A DNA stretch of 29,691 nt, from positions 1-29,691 of the forward strand of contig CBDAFH010000090.1 of NCBI GenBank assembly GCA_965195165.1. Reading direction: 5' to 3'. The notes below the pieces were generated by a model. That model did not search any database. It was given only the letters and a program-made list of their open reading frames with translations, and was not told the DNA's origin. The stretch's first letter is position 1. The number at the start of each line of letters is the position of its first letter. This stretch comes from an uncultured ANME-2 cluster archaeon (lineage in GTDB: Archaea > Halobacteriota > Methanosarcinia > Methanosarcinales > Methanogasteraceae). Shown piece after piece: positions 1 to 8,425 of the stretch. Both the position numbers and the translations under genes were made by a program.

Positions 1-14
1 GGCATTTTGACCAT
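1..14 (-). CDS. Start of a divergently transcribed gene running off the left edge (MVKMP...)
   Basis: On the minus strand, ATG GTC AAA ATG CC is preceded by a GGTGA Shine-Dalgarno-like motif and a TTTATA box (plus-strand ggtataaag, 46-54). Only 4 codons are visible. Confidence 0.35.
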
Positions 15-162
15 ATCAATCACCATCTTCGACTCTAACCGCCGTGGTATAAAGGTTTGTGTAGGGGGTTGTCGAGGGGTGTTGTGGGTTGTCAGGTTAA
101 TCGGTCTTCGGGCAGGGGCGATGCCACAACATCCGAAACCAATAACTTCGCGGCAGGATGAT

Positions 163-1095
163 ATGAACGTGATGCAACTGGAAAGCCCCATCATACATGC
201 AGAGGTTGATTCCGGGATGAGCGTTGACGATCTTGTCCACGCACTCGGAGGATGCGGATTTGGCGCGGGAAGACTCGCGCAGGCGTGTGACATATACGAA
301 GAGATGCTCAGAGACGACGCCACAACGAAGTTCTTCGGGCTCGCTGGCGCGATGGTTCCTGCGGGGATGCGGAATATCGTATCGGGTCTGATTCGTGACG
401 GGCACATCGATGTCCTTGTCTCGACAGGCGCAAACCTCGTGCATGACATCATCGAATCGCTCGGGCTCTCGCATTACAAGGGCAGCGATGTCGCTGACGA
501 CGATGCACTCTATCGCGAGCAGATCGACCGGATATATGACGTGTACGTGCCAGAACTTCACTTTACCAGCTTGGAAGAGCATCTGCTCCGCGTCTTTCAG
601 GATATGGATGACCAGATCTCGATTCGGGAGATGCTGTCCGGGATCGGCAAGTCATTAGATGACCCCAATTCGATTCTGAGGGCAGCTTACGAGTGCGACG
701 TTCCCATATTCTGCCCTGCTATTCAGGACTCGATGATCGGGCTACATGCGTGGCTATACCGGCAGACAAACCGGTTAAATGTCGATGTATTTGCAGATGT
801 CCATGAGTTCCTCGATATCTGCTTCGATGCCGAGCGGTCGGGTGCTCTCTTCATCGGAGGTGGTGTTCCGAAGAATTTTATCCTGCAGGGAACGCTCATG
901 ACATCGAAGGGTTTTGACTATGCGATCCAGTTGACGACCGACCGCCCCGAATCAGGCGGACTTTCCGGCGCAACGCTTTCTGAAGCGAAATCGTGGGGAA
1001 AGGTCAAGGAGGACGCAAAGGCGGTCACTGTATATGCGGATGCAACCATAGCGCTGCCAATTCTCGTTGCTGCGGTGCGGAGCAGGCTTGCGTGA
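163..1095 (+). CDS. dys: Deoxyhypusine synthase (aIF5A hypusination)
   Basis: Motifs FFGLAGAMVPAGMR, STGANLVHD, IGGGVPKNF, QLTTDRPESGGLSGATLSEAKSWGK (active-site Lys) and YADATIALP. The start is uncertain (ATG at 121, 163 or 172); the ORF-track start at 7 is too far upstream. Confidence 0.92.
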   Translation: MNVMQLESPIIHAEVDSGMSVDDLVHALGGCGFGAGRLAQACDIYEEMLRDDATTKFFGLAGAMVPAGMRNIVSGLIRDGHIDVLVSTGANLVHDIIESLGLSHYKGSDVADDDALYREQIDRIYDVYVPELHFTSLEEHLLRVFQDMDDQISIREMLSGIGKSLDDPNSILRAAYECDVPIFCPAIQDSMIGLHAWLYRQTNRLNVDVFADVHEFLDICFDAERSGALFIGGGVPKNFILQGTLMTSKGFDYAIQLTTDRPESGGLSGATLSEAKSWGKVKEDAKAVTVYADATIALPILVAAVRSRLA

Positions 1096-1164
1096 TATAT
1101 AGCTGCGCCACAAATCACTTCTTTGTGGTACATTATTTATAGTACACTCTCAAGTATAATACTT

Positions 1165-2541
1165 ATGAGTGTATTCATAGATCGAGAACGAGAATTATCA
1201 CTCCTCAACAAAAGGTTTGGCAGCAACAGAGCTGAGTTTGTCATAATCTACGGCAGGCGAAGAATCGGAAAAAGCGAACTCATAGACCAATTCATAAAAA
1301 ATAACGGCATCCGGCTTCTTGCGCGGGAAGAGTCAAAGACCCTCCAGCTGCGGACATTTGCAGAAAAACTTGGAGACTTCTTTGGCGACGAACTCCTGAG
1401 AAAGACGGAATTCACAGGATGGGACGGATTCTTCGAGTATCTGTACAGAAAATCCGATGAGCGGATAATCATAGCCATCGATGAGTTTCCATACCTTATC
1501 AAAGAAGATCCTGCGATTCCCTCCATTCTACAGGATTACTGGGACAACAAGCTCAAAGAAACAAAACTCTTCCTGATACTCTGCGGTTCAAGCATCTCGA
1601 TGATGGAATCGAAGGTGATGGGTTACAAAAGTCCGCTTTATGGAAGAAGAACCGGGCAACTGCTCCTCAAGCAGATCCCATTTATACACATACTGGATTA
1701 TATCGGACGCTTTGAGCAAGCGGTAGAGTTTTATTCAGTCTTTGGGGGGACGCCTGCTTATATTATAGAGACTGACCCTGAAAAGGACGTTTTTACGAAT
1801 ATAGAAGATACTATTCTGAGAGAAGACTCGTTTCTGTACAGGGACGTTGAATTTGTGTTGAGGCAAGAATTAACAGAACCCAGATATTATTTTTCAATTC
1901 TCCACTCGATCGCAAAAGGCAATCACAGAATCGGACTCATCGCCAATGATACGGGTTTGAGCGTGAGTATAGTGAACAAGTACTTATCAGTCTTAAGTGA
2001 CTTACAACTTGTCTACCGCATGTTACCTGTAACCGAAAGCTACAAAAGCAGAAAAGGAATGCATTTTCTCGCGGACAACATGTTTGATTTCTGGTTCAGG
2101 TTTGTATATCCCGACATGGAGGAGATAGAGAAGGGAAAAGGGGCAATGGTTTCCCAAAACATAAAGCCACGGTTTAACCAGTACGTTGGTAGACACTTTG
2201 AGACCATAGTTCAGGAGATTCTTGAGGTTCTGAATGAGCGAGAACTTTTGCCTTTCCGGTTTACCAGAGTCGGGAAGTGGTGGCACAAGGAAGAAGAGAT
2301 CGATGTCGTAGCTTTAAACGAAAAAATTAAGAGTACAATCTTTTGCGAGTGTAAATGGAGTGATGATGTCAATGCTACTAAAATTATTAGGAAACTCCGG
2401 GAAAAGGCGCGGTTCGTCCCGGTCGAAAGCGAGAAGGAATATTATATGATCTTTGCGAAGAGCTTTCGGAAGAGAATAGACGAAGAGGATGTTATCCTGT
2501 ATGATCTTGAGGATATGAAACGGCTGCTTATGGCGCAATAG
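1165..2541 (+). CDS. Archaeal AAA-family ATPase with winged-helix region and C-terminal DUF234/PD-(D/E)xK-like domain
   Basis: MSVFIDRERE start, Walker A GRRRIGKS, Walker B IAIDEF, SPLYGRRTG, GGTPAY, and C-terminal WW..EEIDVVA...FCECKW. Confidence 0.88.
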   Translation: MSVFIDRERELSLLNKRFGSNRAEFVIIYGRRRIGKSELIDQFIKNNGIRLLAREESKTLQLRTFAEKLGDFFGDELLRKTEFTGWDGFFEYLYRKSDERIIIAIDEFPYLIKEDPAIPSILQDYWDNKLKETKLFLILCGSSISMMESKVMGYKSPLYGRRTGQLLLKQIPFIHILDYIGRFEQAVEFYSVFGGTPAYIIETDPEKDVFTNIEDTILREDSFLYRDVEFVLRQELTEPRYYFSILHSIAKGNHRIGLIANDTGLSVSIVNKYLSVLSDLQLVYRMLPVTESYKSRKGMHFLADNMFDFWFRFVYPDMEEIEKGKGAMVSQNIKPRFNQYVGRHFETIVQEILEVLNERELLPFRFTRVGKWWHKEEEIDVVALNEKIKSTIFCECKWSDDVNATKIIRKLREKARFVPVESEKEYYMIFAKSFRKRIDEEDVILYDLEDMKRLLMAQ

Positions 2542-2712
2542 AGTTTGCGGAAGGACGGGGGGTGTTGTGCTGCCAGAGGTCAAATCTGTGAGACTCTTTA
2601 TTATTTTCTGGGAACGTCAGATTATCTTATGCAAGCACAACTGCCGACTGCGGTGCGGTGCGGAGCGGGGTTGTGTGGCGCAATCGTGCCCGGAAGAACA
2701 GAAGCCACGACG

Positions 2713-2721
2713 TATTAAATA
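2713..2721 (+). promoter_or_regulatory. TATA box of the truncated cofG copy
   Basis: TATTAAATA lies 33 nt before the ATG. The same motif and spacing occur at 7994 before intact cofG. Confidence 0.6.
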
Positions 2722-3144
2722 GCACCACGCCAAATTTGCACAATCATGCGTTTGCCAGACTTTATCACATTCTCCGGAAACGTCTTCCTGCCGATCACAA
2801 ACGTATGCAGGAACCAGTGCAGGTACTGCGGGTTCAGGCGCGATCCAGCGCATCCCGAAGCGAACCTGATGACCGCAAGCGAAGTTACGAAGATACTCGA
2901 TGCGGGCAAGCGGGCAGGATGCACCGAAGCCCTCTTCACGTTTGGGGAAATGCCAGAAGAGCATCCACAATTCAGGGAATGGATCGAGGATATCGGATAC
3001 TCAAGCGTAATCGATTATCTGATCGATCTCTGCGAGATTGCGATCGATTACGAGCTGCTTCCGCACAGCAATCCGGGTGTGATGGATTCCCATGATATCA
3101 GACGGCTAAAGCCGATTAATGCGAGCGGGGGGCTGATGGCAGAG
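2713..3144 (+). repeat. Direct repeat copy 1A: cofG TATA box plus first 133 codons
   Basis: Ungapped match to 7994-8425 at offset 5281. About 38 mismatches in 399 coding nt by manual count (about 90%). Confidence 0.97.
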
Positions 3145-3168
3145 TCTACACGTTCAATGAGATTGTGA
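2746..3168 (+). pseudogene. cofG: 3'-truncated duplicate of cofG (133 cofG-derived codons plus 7 unrelated residues)
   Basis: Keeps the CRNQCRYC radical-SAM motif. Homology to 8027-9028 stops at about 3144. Confidence 0.92.
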
Positions 3169-3239
3169 CAGGCGATCCCAACCACGGCGGTGCGGTCAAT
3201 GTAACAGTGTGGTGATCGCTCTTTAGAGAGAAGTCCGCG

Positions 3240-3395
3240 GCGAATGGCTGGAAATACGGGTGGGAGTGGGGGGAGTATACGGTCAGAATAGATACGACAA
3301 ATCCTGAAGTACCGGTGGTATTATCGTCAACGCATCCGGATACGGGTGTTGATGGGCTGATGGACAAAAGGTTTAAATTAGATGTGTATGCGTGA
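3240..3395 (+). pseudogene. Remnant of an Ig-like surface-protein gene
   Basis: A startless frame reads WGEYTVRIDTTNPEVPVVLSSTHPD, resembling the DTTxP...SSTHP linker of Ig-like surface domains. Confidence 0.4.
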
Positions 3396-3427
3396 CTAAA
3401 TGCTACAAAAAGAAGAGGGCGAATAAC

Positions 3428-4702
3428 ATGAATAGCAGAACCATAATAGTGATATTGTCCGCAGTGGTGATCGCTGCGGTATTATCCGGATGCGTTGAAG
3501 AGTTATCGGATCACGGAATTGAAACGGTAGATCCGACACCGCAACTGAATGCGACACCGAGTGCAACGCCCATATCAAAGGCAACGCCAAGTCCGTTACA
3601 GATACTCACTCCAGAAGCAACACTGCCGAGATCTAATATGGCATTGAGCAATTATCCAAAACTGTTTGGGAAGGATGGGATAATCGTAATCGGAGAGAAT
3701 GCTAACAAAACTCTTGAATACTGGGGAAGAACATCTCCTCGGTACCCACATCTTACATGGATGATTAGAGGTTCCGAGACAATAGCCAAAAACTTGTACA
3801 ACATCACAGGGAATACCCCTGTGATTAAAACTGATGCAGAGCTTACAGAGCGCGATAGAACAGAGTGCAACCTAATCCTTCTCGGAAATCCGCTTCAAGT
3901 ATCGGTTGAAGGACGTCCTCCTGATGCCAATACTGTAATCACTGAAATATACGAATCAAATCCCCCTATGAAAAGGGTGACACGCAATTACCCGGGACGG
4001 TGGAAAGGAGTATTGGAACTTTTTAAAAACCCATGGAATCCGGAAAAGCACATATTAATCGTTTCCGGAAGTGAAGATCGTGGAATAAAGGCTGCGCTTG
4101 CAAAGTTAGAAGGGATCCATGAGATAAACGAAACCTGCATTATTGTAGAGTGTGAGAGCGAACAAAAAGAGATTCACCATGAGATTGACACAACACCGGC
4201 ATTGGCAGGATTATTAGAACCTTATATTTCTAACATAACGATGGAGGACATCGGTTTTGAAGTCACGAAAACAAAGGAGGTACGTTCCTTGAATAGTATT
4301 GGTAAACCAAATGTTCCTTTTCTAATTAAACACTTTAAAATCCCAGGAAATTCATACGTAGGGTTGGTAAACGTTACTTTTAAGAATCCTGTTGAAATTA
4401 ACAATATATTTATAAAACCTGTACAACCAGCGGTGATGGGCAGTGCTGATGATTATCACTGGTTAAATTACACACCACCACCCTATACGATCGACAACGA
4501 AACATACGCATCGCATGAATTATATCCTGGAGAAGAATATAAATATTGGCCCAGTACTGATGATAGGATTCAAGAAGGTGAAGTATTGGTTCACATCTTC
4601 CCTATTCAGTACATCCCGGCGGATCGGAGGATCATCGCATACAAAAATGCAACAATTTCAATATTTTATCGTGTGCCTGTGCCGGAGGACGACTATTCAT
4701 GA
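3428..4702 (+). CDS. Lipoprotein with Pro/Thr linker, S-layer-like alpha/beta domain and C-terminal peptidase-C25 (gingipain) propeptide-like domain
   Basis: Lipobox LSGC follows a hydrophobic helix, then a TPxxTP linker and NLILLGNP...NPWNPEKHILIVSGSEDRG. The C-terminal GKPNVP..KIP...PVQP...YASHELYPG...IFPIQYIP matches the propeptide-C25 pattern. ATGA overlap with the next gene; TTTAAATT box at about 3372. Confidence 0.7.
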   Translation: MNSRTIIVILSAVVIAAVLSGCVEELSDHGIETVDPTPQLNATPSATPISKATPSPLQILTPEATLPRSNMALSNYPKLFGKDGIIVIGENANKTLEYWGRTSPRYPHLTWMIRGSETIAKNLYNITGNTPVIKTDAELTERDRTECNLILLGNPLQVSVEGRPPDANTVITEIYESNPPMKRVTRNYPGRWKGVLELFKNPWNPEKHILIVSGSEDRGIKAALAKLEGIHEINETCIIVECESEQKEIHHEIDTTPALAGLLEPYISNITMEDIGFEVTKTKEVRSLNSIGKPNVPFLIKHFKIPGNSYVGLVNVTFKNPVEINNIFIKPVQPAVMGSADDYHWLNYTPPPYTIDNETYASHELYPGEEYKYWPSTDDRIQEGEVLVHIFPIQYIPADRRIIAYKNATISIFYRVPVPEDDYS

Positions 4703-5757
4703 GAAATATGACGGGTTTAATCACAGCGATCACAGCCCTTGTTTTATTACTCAGTACTGGCATAAGTGTAGCAGAGGATTGCGAGTGCATTATCATAACG
4801 CACCCGGATTTCGTTAGTGAGTGTGAAATACTGGCTGATTGGAAAACCAATACTGGAATCTCCACAAGAGTCGCTGATACGACATGGATAAATAATAATT
4901 TTGCAGGATTTGACGGTAATGACCTTCAGGCAAAGATTAAGGATTATATATACGATAGCCATGATCTGGATGATACAATGTATGTGATCCTCGCTGGCGA
5001 TGTTGATCGCGTGCCGACGAGATATGCATACGTGGATGATAGCAATCAAGGAGATGGAAAATACGTGCCATGCGATCTATATTATGCTGATGTCATCTTC
5101 CATGACGGTATGGGCACTCCCTCTCACTGGGATCCAAATGGCGATGGGTTATACGGTGCAATGGGTCCTGATTTGGCGGTCAATGATACGCCTGATATGA
5201 GACCTGATGTGTCTATAGGAAGACTCCCGGCCAGCAGTAAAGCCGAGCTAAACACGTTGATAGACAAGATAGTAAAATATGAAATCAATGCATACGATCC
5301 CGACTGGGTTAAAAAAACAACACTGATCGCAGATGATGGATGTTTTAGTGATTTCGAAGATTTTAAAGATCAAACAGAGCAGTATTTTACAGACTGGGGC
5401 GTTCCGCCATCTGATATTCAAAAGTTATACGGAACTTCCTGTACTGCAGAGAATGTACAGGATGCGCTAAATGAAGGGCGAAGATTTGTGAATTATGCAG
5501 GTCATGGAGGGTTAAAAAGCTGGTCCTGCCCAGGATATACGAATGCAGATGCCGCCTCCTTAACCAATGGCGAAAAAACACCGATAATCGCAGCAAAGGC
5601 ATGCTATACCGCAGGCTTTGACATGCCAGAAGGCACAGGTGGCATTGACCCATCACCGCAGCCAATAGACGATGAATGTATCGGCGAGACGTTCTTGTTA
5701 AACCCGAATGGGGGGGGGAATAACCTATCTGGGTGCAACCAGGGTCTCGTACCATGA
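4699..5757 (+). CDS. Gingipain-like peptidase C25, N-terminal part (signal peptide plus catalytic domain), cut short by a frameshift
   Basis: Sec signal peptide, YVILAGD, CDLYYAD, PDVSIGRLP, NYAGHG (catalytic His), ACYTAGFD (catalytic Cys) and IGETFLLNPNGGG. The frame is lost at the G9 tract. Confidence 0.88.
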   Translation: MRNMTGLITAITALVLLLSTGISVAEDCECIIITHPDFVSECEILADWKTNTGISTRVADTTWINNNFAGFDGNDLQAKIKDYIYDSHDLDDTMYVILAGDVDRVPTRYAYVDDSNQGDGKYVPCDLYYADVIFHDGMGTPSHWDPNGDGLYGAMGPDLAVNDTPDMRPDVSIGRLPASSKAELNTLIDKIVKYEINAYDPDWVKKTTLIADDGCFSDFEDFKDQTEQYFTDWGVPPSDIQKLYGTSCTAENVQDALNEGRRFVNYAGHGGLKSWSCPGYTNADAASLTNGEKTPIIAAKACYTAGFDMPEGTGGIDPSPQPIDDECIGETFLLNPNGGGNNLSGCNQGLVP

Positions 5758-7882
5758 CGTGGACGAACTTTCAGGCTTGATTGACAAAATGTTCTGGGAA
5801 GCAATCGATGATTACGATACAGTTGGAGAGTGCTGGAAATACGCTATTAAGAAAGAAGCAGGTAGAGATGATCCGGATATCAAGTCGAGAAAAGTCCTCA
5901 CCACATACGTCCTTTTAGGCGACCCAACACTGAGAATCCGTGGTCGGCTATACGAGGAGTGGTCAATGCTGAACCACGACCCACAGAGATCAGGACGCTC
6001 AGCCCTGAAAGGCGACCTATCAGGAACCATGCACTACACCACAATACTCGACAGCGACAAAGTCACATATCCCGCAGTAGCTGACATCGATGGCGACGGA
6101 AAGCAAGAGATCGTTATATCAAACGAGGACGCGATCCGTGCATTTGAAGGAAACGGCGATCATATCTGGACATACAGGGGGATTACGGCTGCGAAAAACA
6201 CGCCCACAATAGGCGATGTGGACGGTGACGGAGAGCAAGAAGTCGTGGTAGAAACCCACGATTCCAAACTCTACATCCTCGATGCCGCATCCGGAGATTA
6301 TGAGTGGGACTACACCGCAGCTGATATCGTTGTCTCGCCTCCGATCGTTGCGGACATCGATGGCGACGGAAAGAAAGAGATCGTATTTGGGGATGGTTAT
6401 TATCTTTCCGAGGACAGACACATCTATGCGCTGAATGGGGATACAAGAGACGAGTTATGGAAGGTCACACCAGGTGGTCATAACATCTGGCAGGCGATGG
6501 CAGATGTGGATGGTGACGGAAAGCAGGAGATAATCGGCGTAAATGGAGATGGGGTATTTGCATTGAATGCAGAGAGTGGATCGGTGCTCTGGCAGAAGGA
6601 ATATAGAAACGCAGTTTGTCTGCCAGCGATCGCCGATCTCGATAACGATGGTGAACTGGAGATAGCATTTGGGACATGGTATTATGAGGGTTTTGGCGGC
6701 ATCAATCGGTCGTATGTGATTGATGCTGCAACCGGGGAGCTGGAATGGTATTACGATCTCGATGATTGGCCCGGACAGAGTTCGACAGGCGATGTGGATG
6801 GCGATGGTGTGCTTGAGGTCGTATTTAACACGCTCAATCAGGACATCTACTGTCTCGATCGCTATGACATGTGGGTTTATCCTCGCGATGGAAATGGGGC
6901 GGCGAGGGCTAATCATTACATCATCTCTGCTGTCGCGATTGCTGATGTAGATAACGATAACAATTTAGAGATAATCGTTGGATCGACCGAAGGTTATCTC
7001 GATATCTTCAGTGGCAGTGGCTCTCTGGAGAGGAGGTATAATCTCGGAGGAATAGTAGAAAACCCTGCGATTGGAGATGTGGATGATGACGGCAAGGCAG
7101 AGATCGTCGTAAAGAACGGCATCATTGGCTCGCGGTCTTCGTCATTGGGAGATGGCGGTGGTGTGATTTATGCTGAAACTTCGCCCCCGAAAGCTAATAG
7201 TGGCGTGATCCATGCAAAAACCGAAATTTTCAAGCCCGACAATCACTCTTCGCCCCCGAAAACCAGCAGCGGGGTGATCTGGTACAATCACGTGCCTATC
7301 GTTATGAATGCGTCGGTTAATGCTGCAGATATTCTTACAACTACCGTTCATGCTTCTGATTTCGAGTCAAATGCCGTACTGGTCTTAAGCGGTCCGGATC
7401 CGGATCTTGTGATGGCTACATCTGATATCTCATTCGATCCGGTTTCTCCAACCACAGCGGATATCGTTACGATAACTGCCACTGTTCACAACCAAAGAGA
7501 TGATTCATTCACGAACAAACCATTCAAAGTCTCCTTTTATGATGAAGAGAATCTAATCGGAGATGATTTGATTGTGGAGTCGATACCACCCGTTGGAGAT
7601 GTAAATGCGAGTGTTGAGTGGCATTATCCAGGCACTGGAATGCATAACATATCCGTGATCGTGGATTCCGGGTATTCGATACCAGAGACGGATGATGCCA
7701 ATAATGAGGCAGAAAAGGAAGTTGTCGTTGTTCCGGCAGCCATCCATACGGTGGACGCGGTGCTTGCCCTTCAAATGGCTACTGGTAGTATTCCTGCCGA
7801 TCCGGCAGCGGATGTGAACTCAGATGGAGCGGTTACCTCACTTGATGCGCTTTTGATATTACAATACTGCAAAACACAATAG
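5708..7882 (+). CDS. C-terminal part of the same protease: end of the C25 domain, 8 FG-GAP/PQQ-like beta-propeller repeats, CARDB domain, dockerin-like tail
   Basis: ITYLGATR..Y and YVLLGDPTL (C25 end); WSMLNHDPQRSG; eight (A/G)D(I/V/L)DxDGxxEI repeats; PDLVMATSDISF...VDSGYSIPETDDANN (CARDB); DVNSDGAVTSLDALLILQ (dockerin). The joined product would be about 1060 aa. Confidence 0.85.
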   Translation: MGGGITYLGATRVSYHDVDELSGLIDKMFWEAIDDYDTVGECWKYAIKKEAGRDDPDIKSRKVLTTYVLLGDPTLRIRGRLYEEWSMLNHDPQRSGRSALKGDLSGTMHYTTILDSDKVTYPAVADIDGDGKQEIVISNEDAIRAFEGNGDHIWTYRGITAAKNTPTIGDVDGDGEQEVVVETHDSKLYILDAASGDYEWDYTAADIVVSPPIVADIDGDGKKEIVFGDGYYLSEDRHIYALNGDTRDELWKVTPGGHNIWQAMADVDGDGKQEIIGVNGDGVFALNAESGSVLWQKEYRNAVCLPAIADLDNDGELEIAFGTWYYEGFGGINRSYVIDAATGELEWYYDLDDWPGQSSTGDVDGDGVLEVVFNTLNQDIYCLDRYDMWVYPRDGNGAARANHYIISAVAIADVDNDNNLEIIVGSTEGYLDIFSGSGSLERRYNLGGIVENPAIGDVDDDGKAEIVVKNGIIGSRSSSLGDGGGVIYAETSPPKANSGVIHAKTEIFKPDNHSSPPKTSSGVIWYNHVPIVMNASVNAADILTTTVHASDFESNAVLVLSGPDPDLVMATSDISFDPVSPTTADIVTITATVHNQRDDSFTNKPFKVSFYDEENLIGDDLIVESIPPVGDVNASVEWHYPGTGMHNISVIVDSGYSIPETDDANNEAEKEVVVVPAAIHTVDAVLALQMATGSIPADPAADVNSDGAVTSLDALLILQYCKTQ
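5710..5718 (+). repeat. G9 homopolymer at the frameshift point
   Basis: AAC CCG AAT GGGGGGGGG AAT AAC. With 8 G the frame reads NPNGGGITYLGATRVSY and joins the downstream ORF. Confidence 0.95.
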
Positions 7883-7993
7883 GAGAGGTTTTTAGGGCTG
7901 ATGAGTTGATCACACGGCGGCTCTGGTGTGAATCTCCCCGTTTTTCAACCGGGATTGTGGCTGCCCGTGGTGAATGTGAACCACAACAATCGC

Positions 7994-8425
7994 TATTAAA
8001 TACCACCGCGCCAAATTCACATCATCATGCTCTTGCCAGACGCTGTCACATTCTCCAGAAACGTCTTCTTGCCGATCACAAATGTCTGCAGGAACCAGTG
8101 CAAATACTGCGGATTCAGGCGCGATCCAGCGCACCCCGAAGCGAACCTGATGGCTGCGGAGGAGGTGGCGAAGATACTCGATGCAGGCAAGCGGGCAGGA
8201 TGCACCGAAGCCCTCTTCACGTTTGGGGAAATGCCAGAAGAGCATCCACAATTCAGGGAATGGATCGGGAATATTGGATACTCAAGCATAATCGATTATC
8301 TGATCGATCTCTGCGAGATTGCGATCGATTACGGGCTGCTTCCGCACAGTAATCCGGGTGTGATGGATTCCCGTGATATCAGACGGCTAAAGCCACTTAA
8401 TGCAAGCATGGGGCTGATGCTCGAG
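7994..8425 (+). repeat. Direct repeat copy 1B (TATA box plus 5' end of intact cofG)
   Basis: Partner of 2713-3144. Confidence 0.97.

Noticed and set aside
55-105. G/T-rich GGTTGT-like low-complexity stretch (similar ones at about 2555-2680 and 3257-3275)
   Set aside because: No regular period and not four separable G3 tracts. It cannot be supported as a repeat array or G-quadruplex.
7-162. N-terminal extension of the deoxyhypusine synthase ORF
   Set aside because: It overlaps the promoter region of the divergent gene and has no family-like sequence. It is an ORF-caller artefact.
1165-2541. AAA ATPase as a fourth duplication-flanked insert
   Set aside because: It is more AT-rich and of a frequently mobile family, but I found no flanking direct repeat or attC.
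2746-3168. Truncated cofG as a deliberately split FO synthase or SSV-type split integrase
   Set aside because: It is a plain 5' duplicate of the intact downstream gene. There is no complementary C-terminal fragment and there are no tyrosine-recombinase motifs.
6070-7110. Recurring GA(C/T)GG(C/T)GA(C/T)GG motifs that could be mistaken for a DNA repeat array or CRISPR
   Set aside because: They are the coding DxDGDG repeats of the beta-propeller, with variable third positions and no constant repeat-spacer structure.
7894-7935. CTGATGAG followed by a hairpin, resembling a hammerhead ribozyme core
   Set aside because: No GAAA follows stem II and stems I and III cannot be formed. It is just a hairpin after the protease gene.
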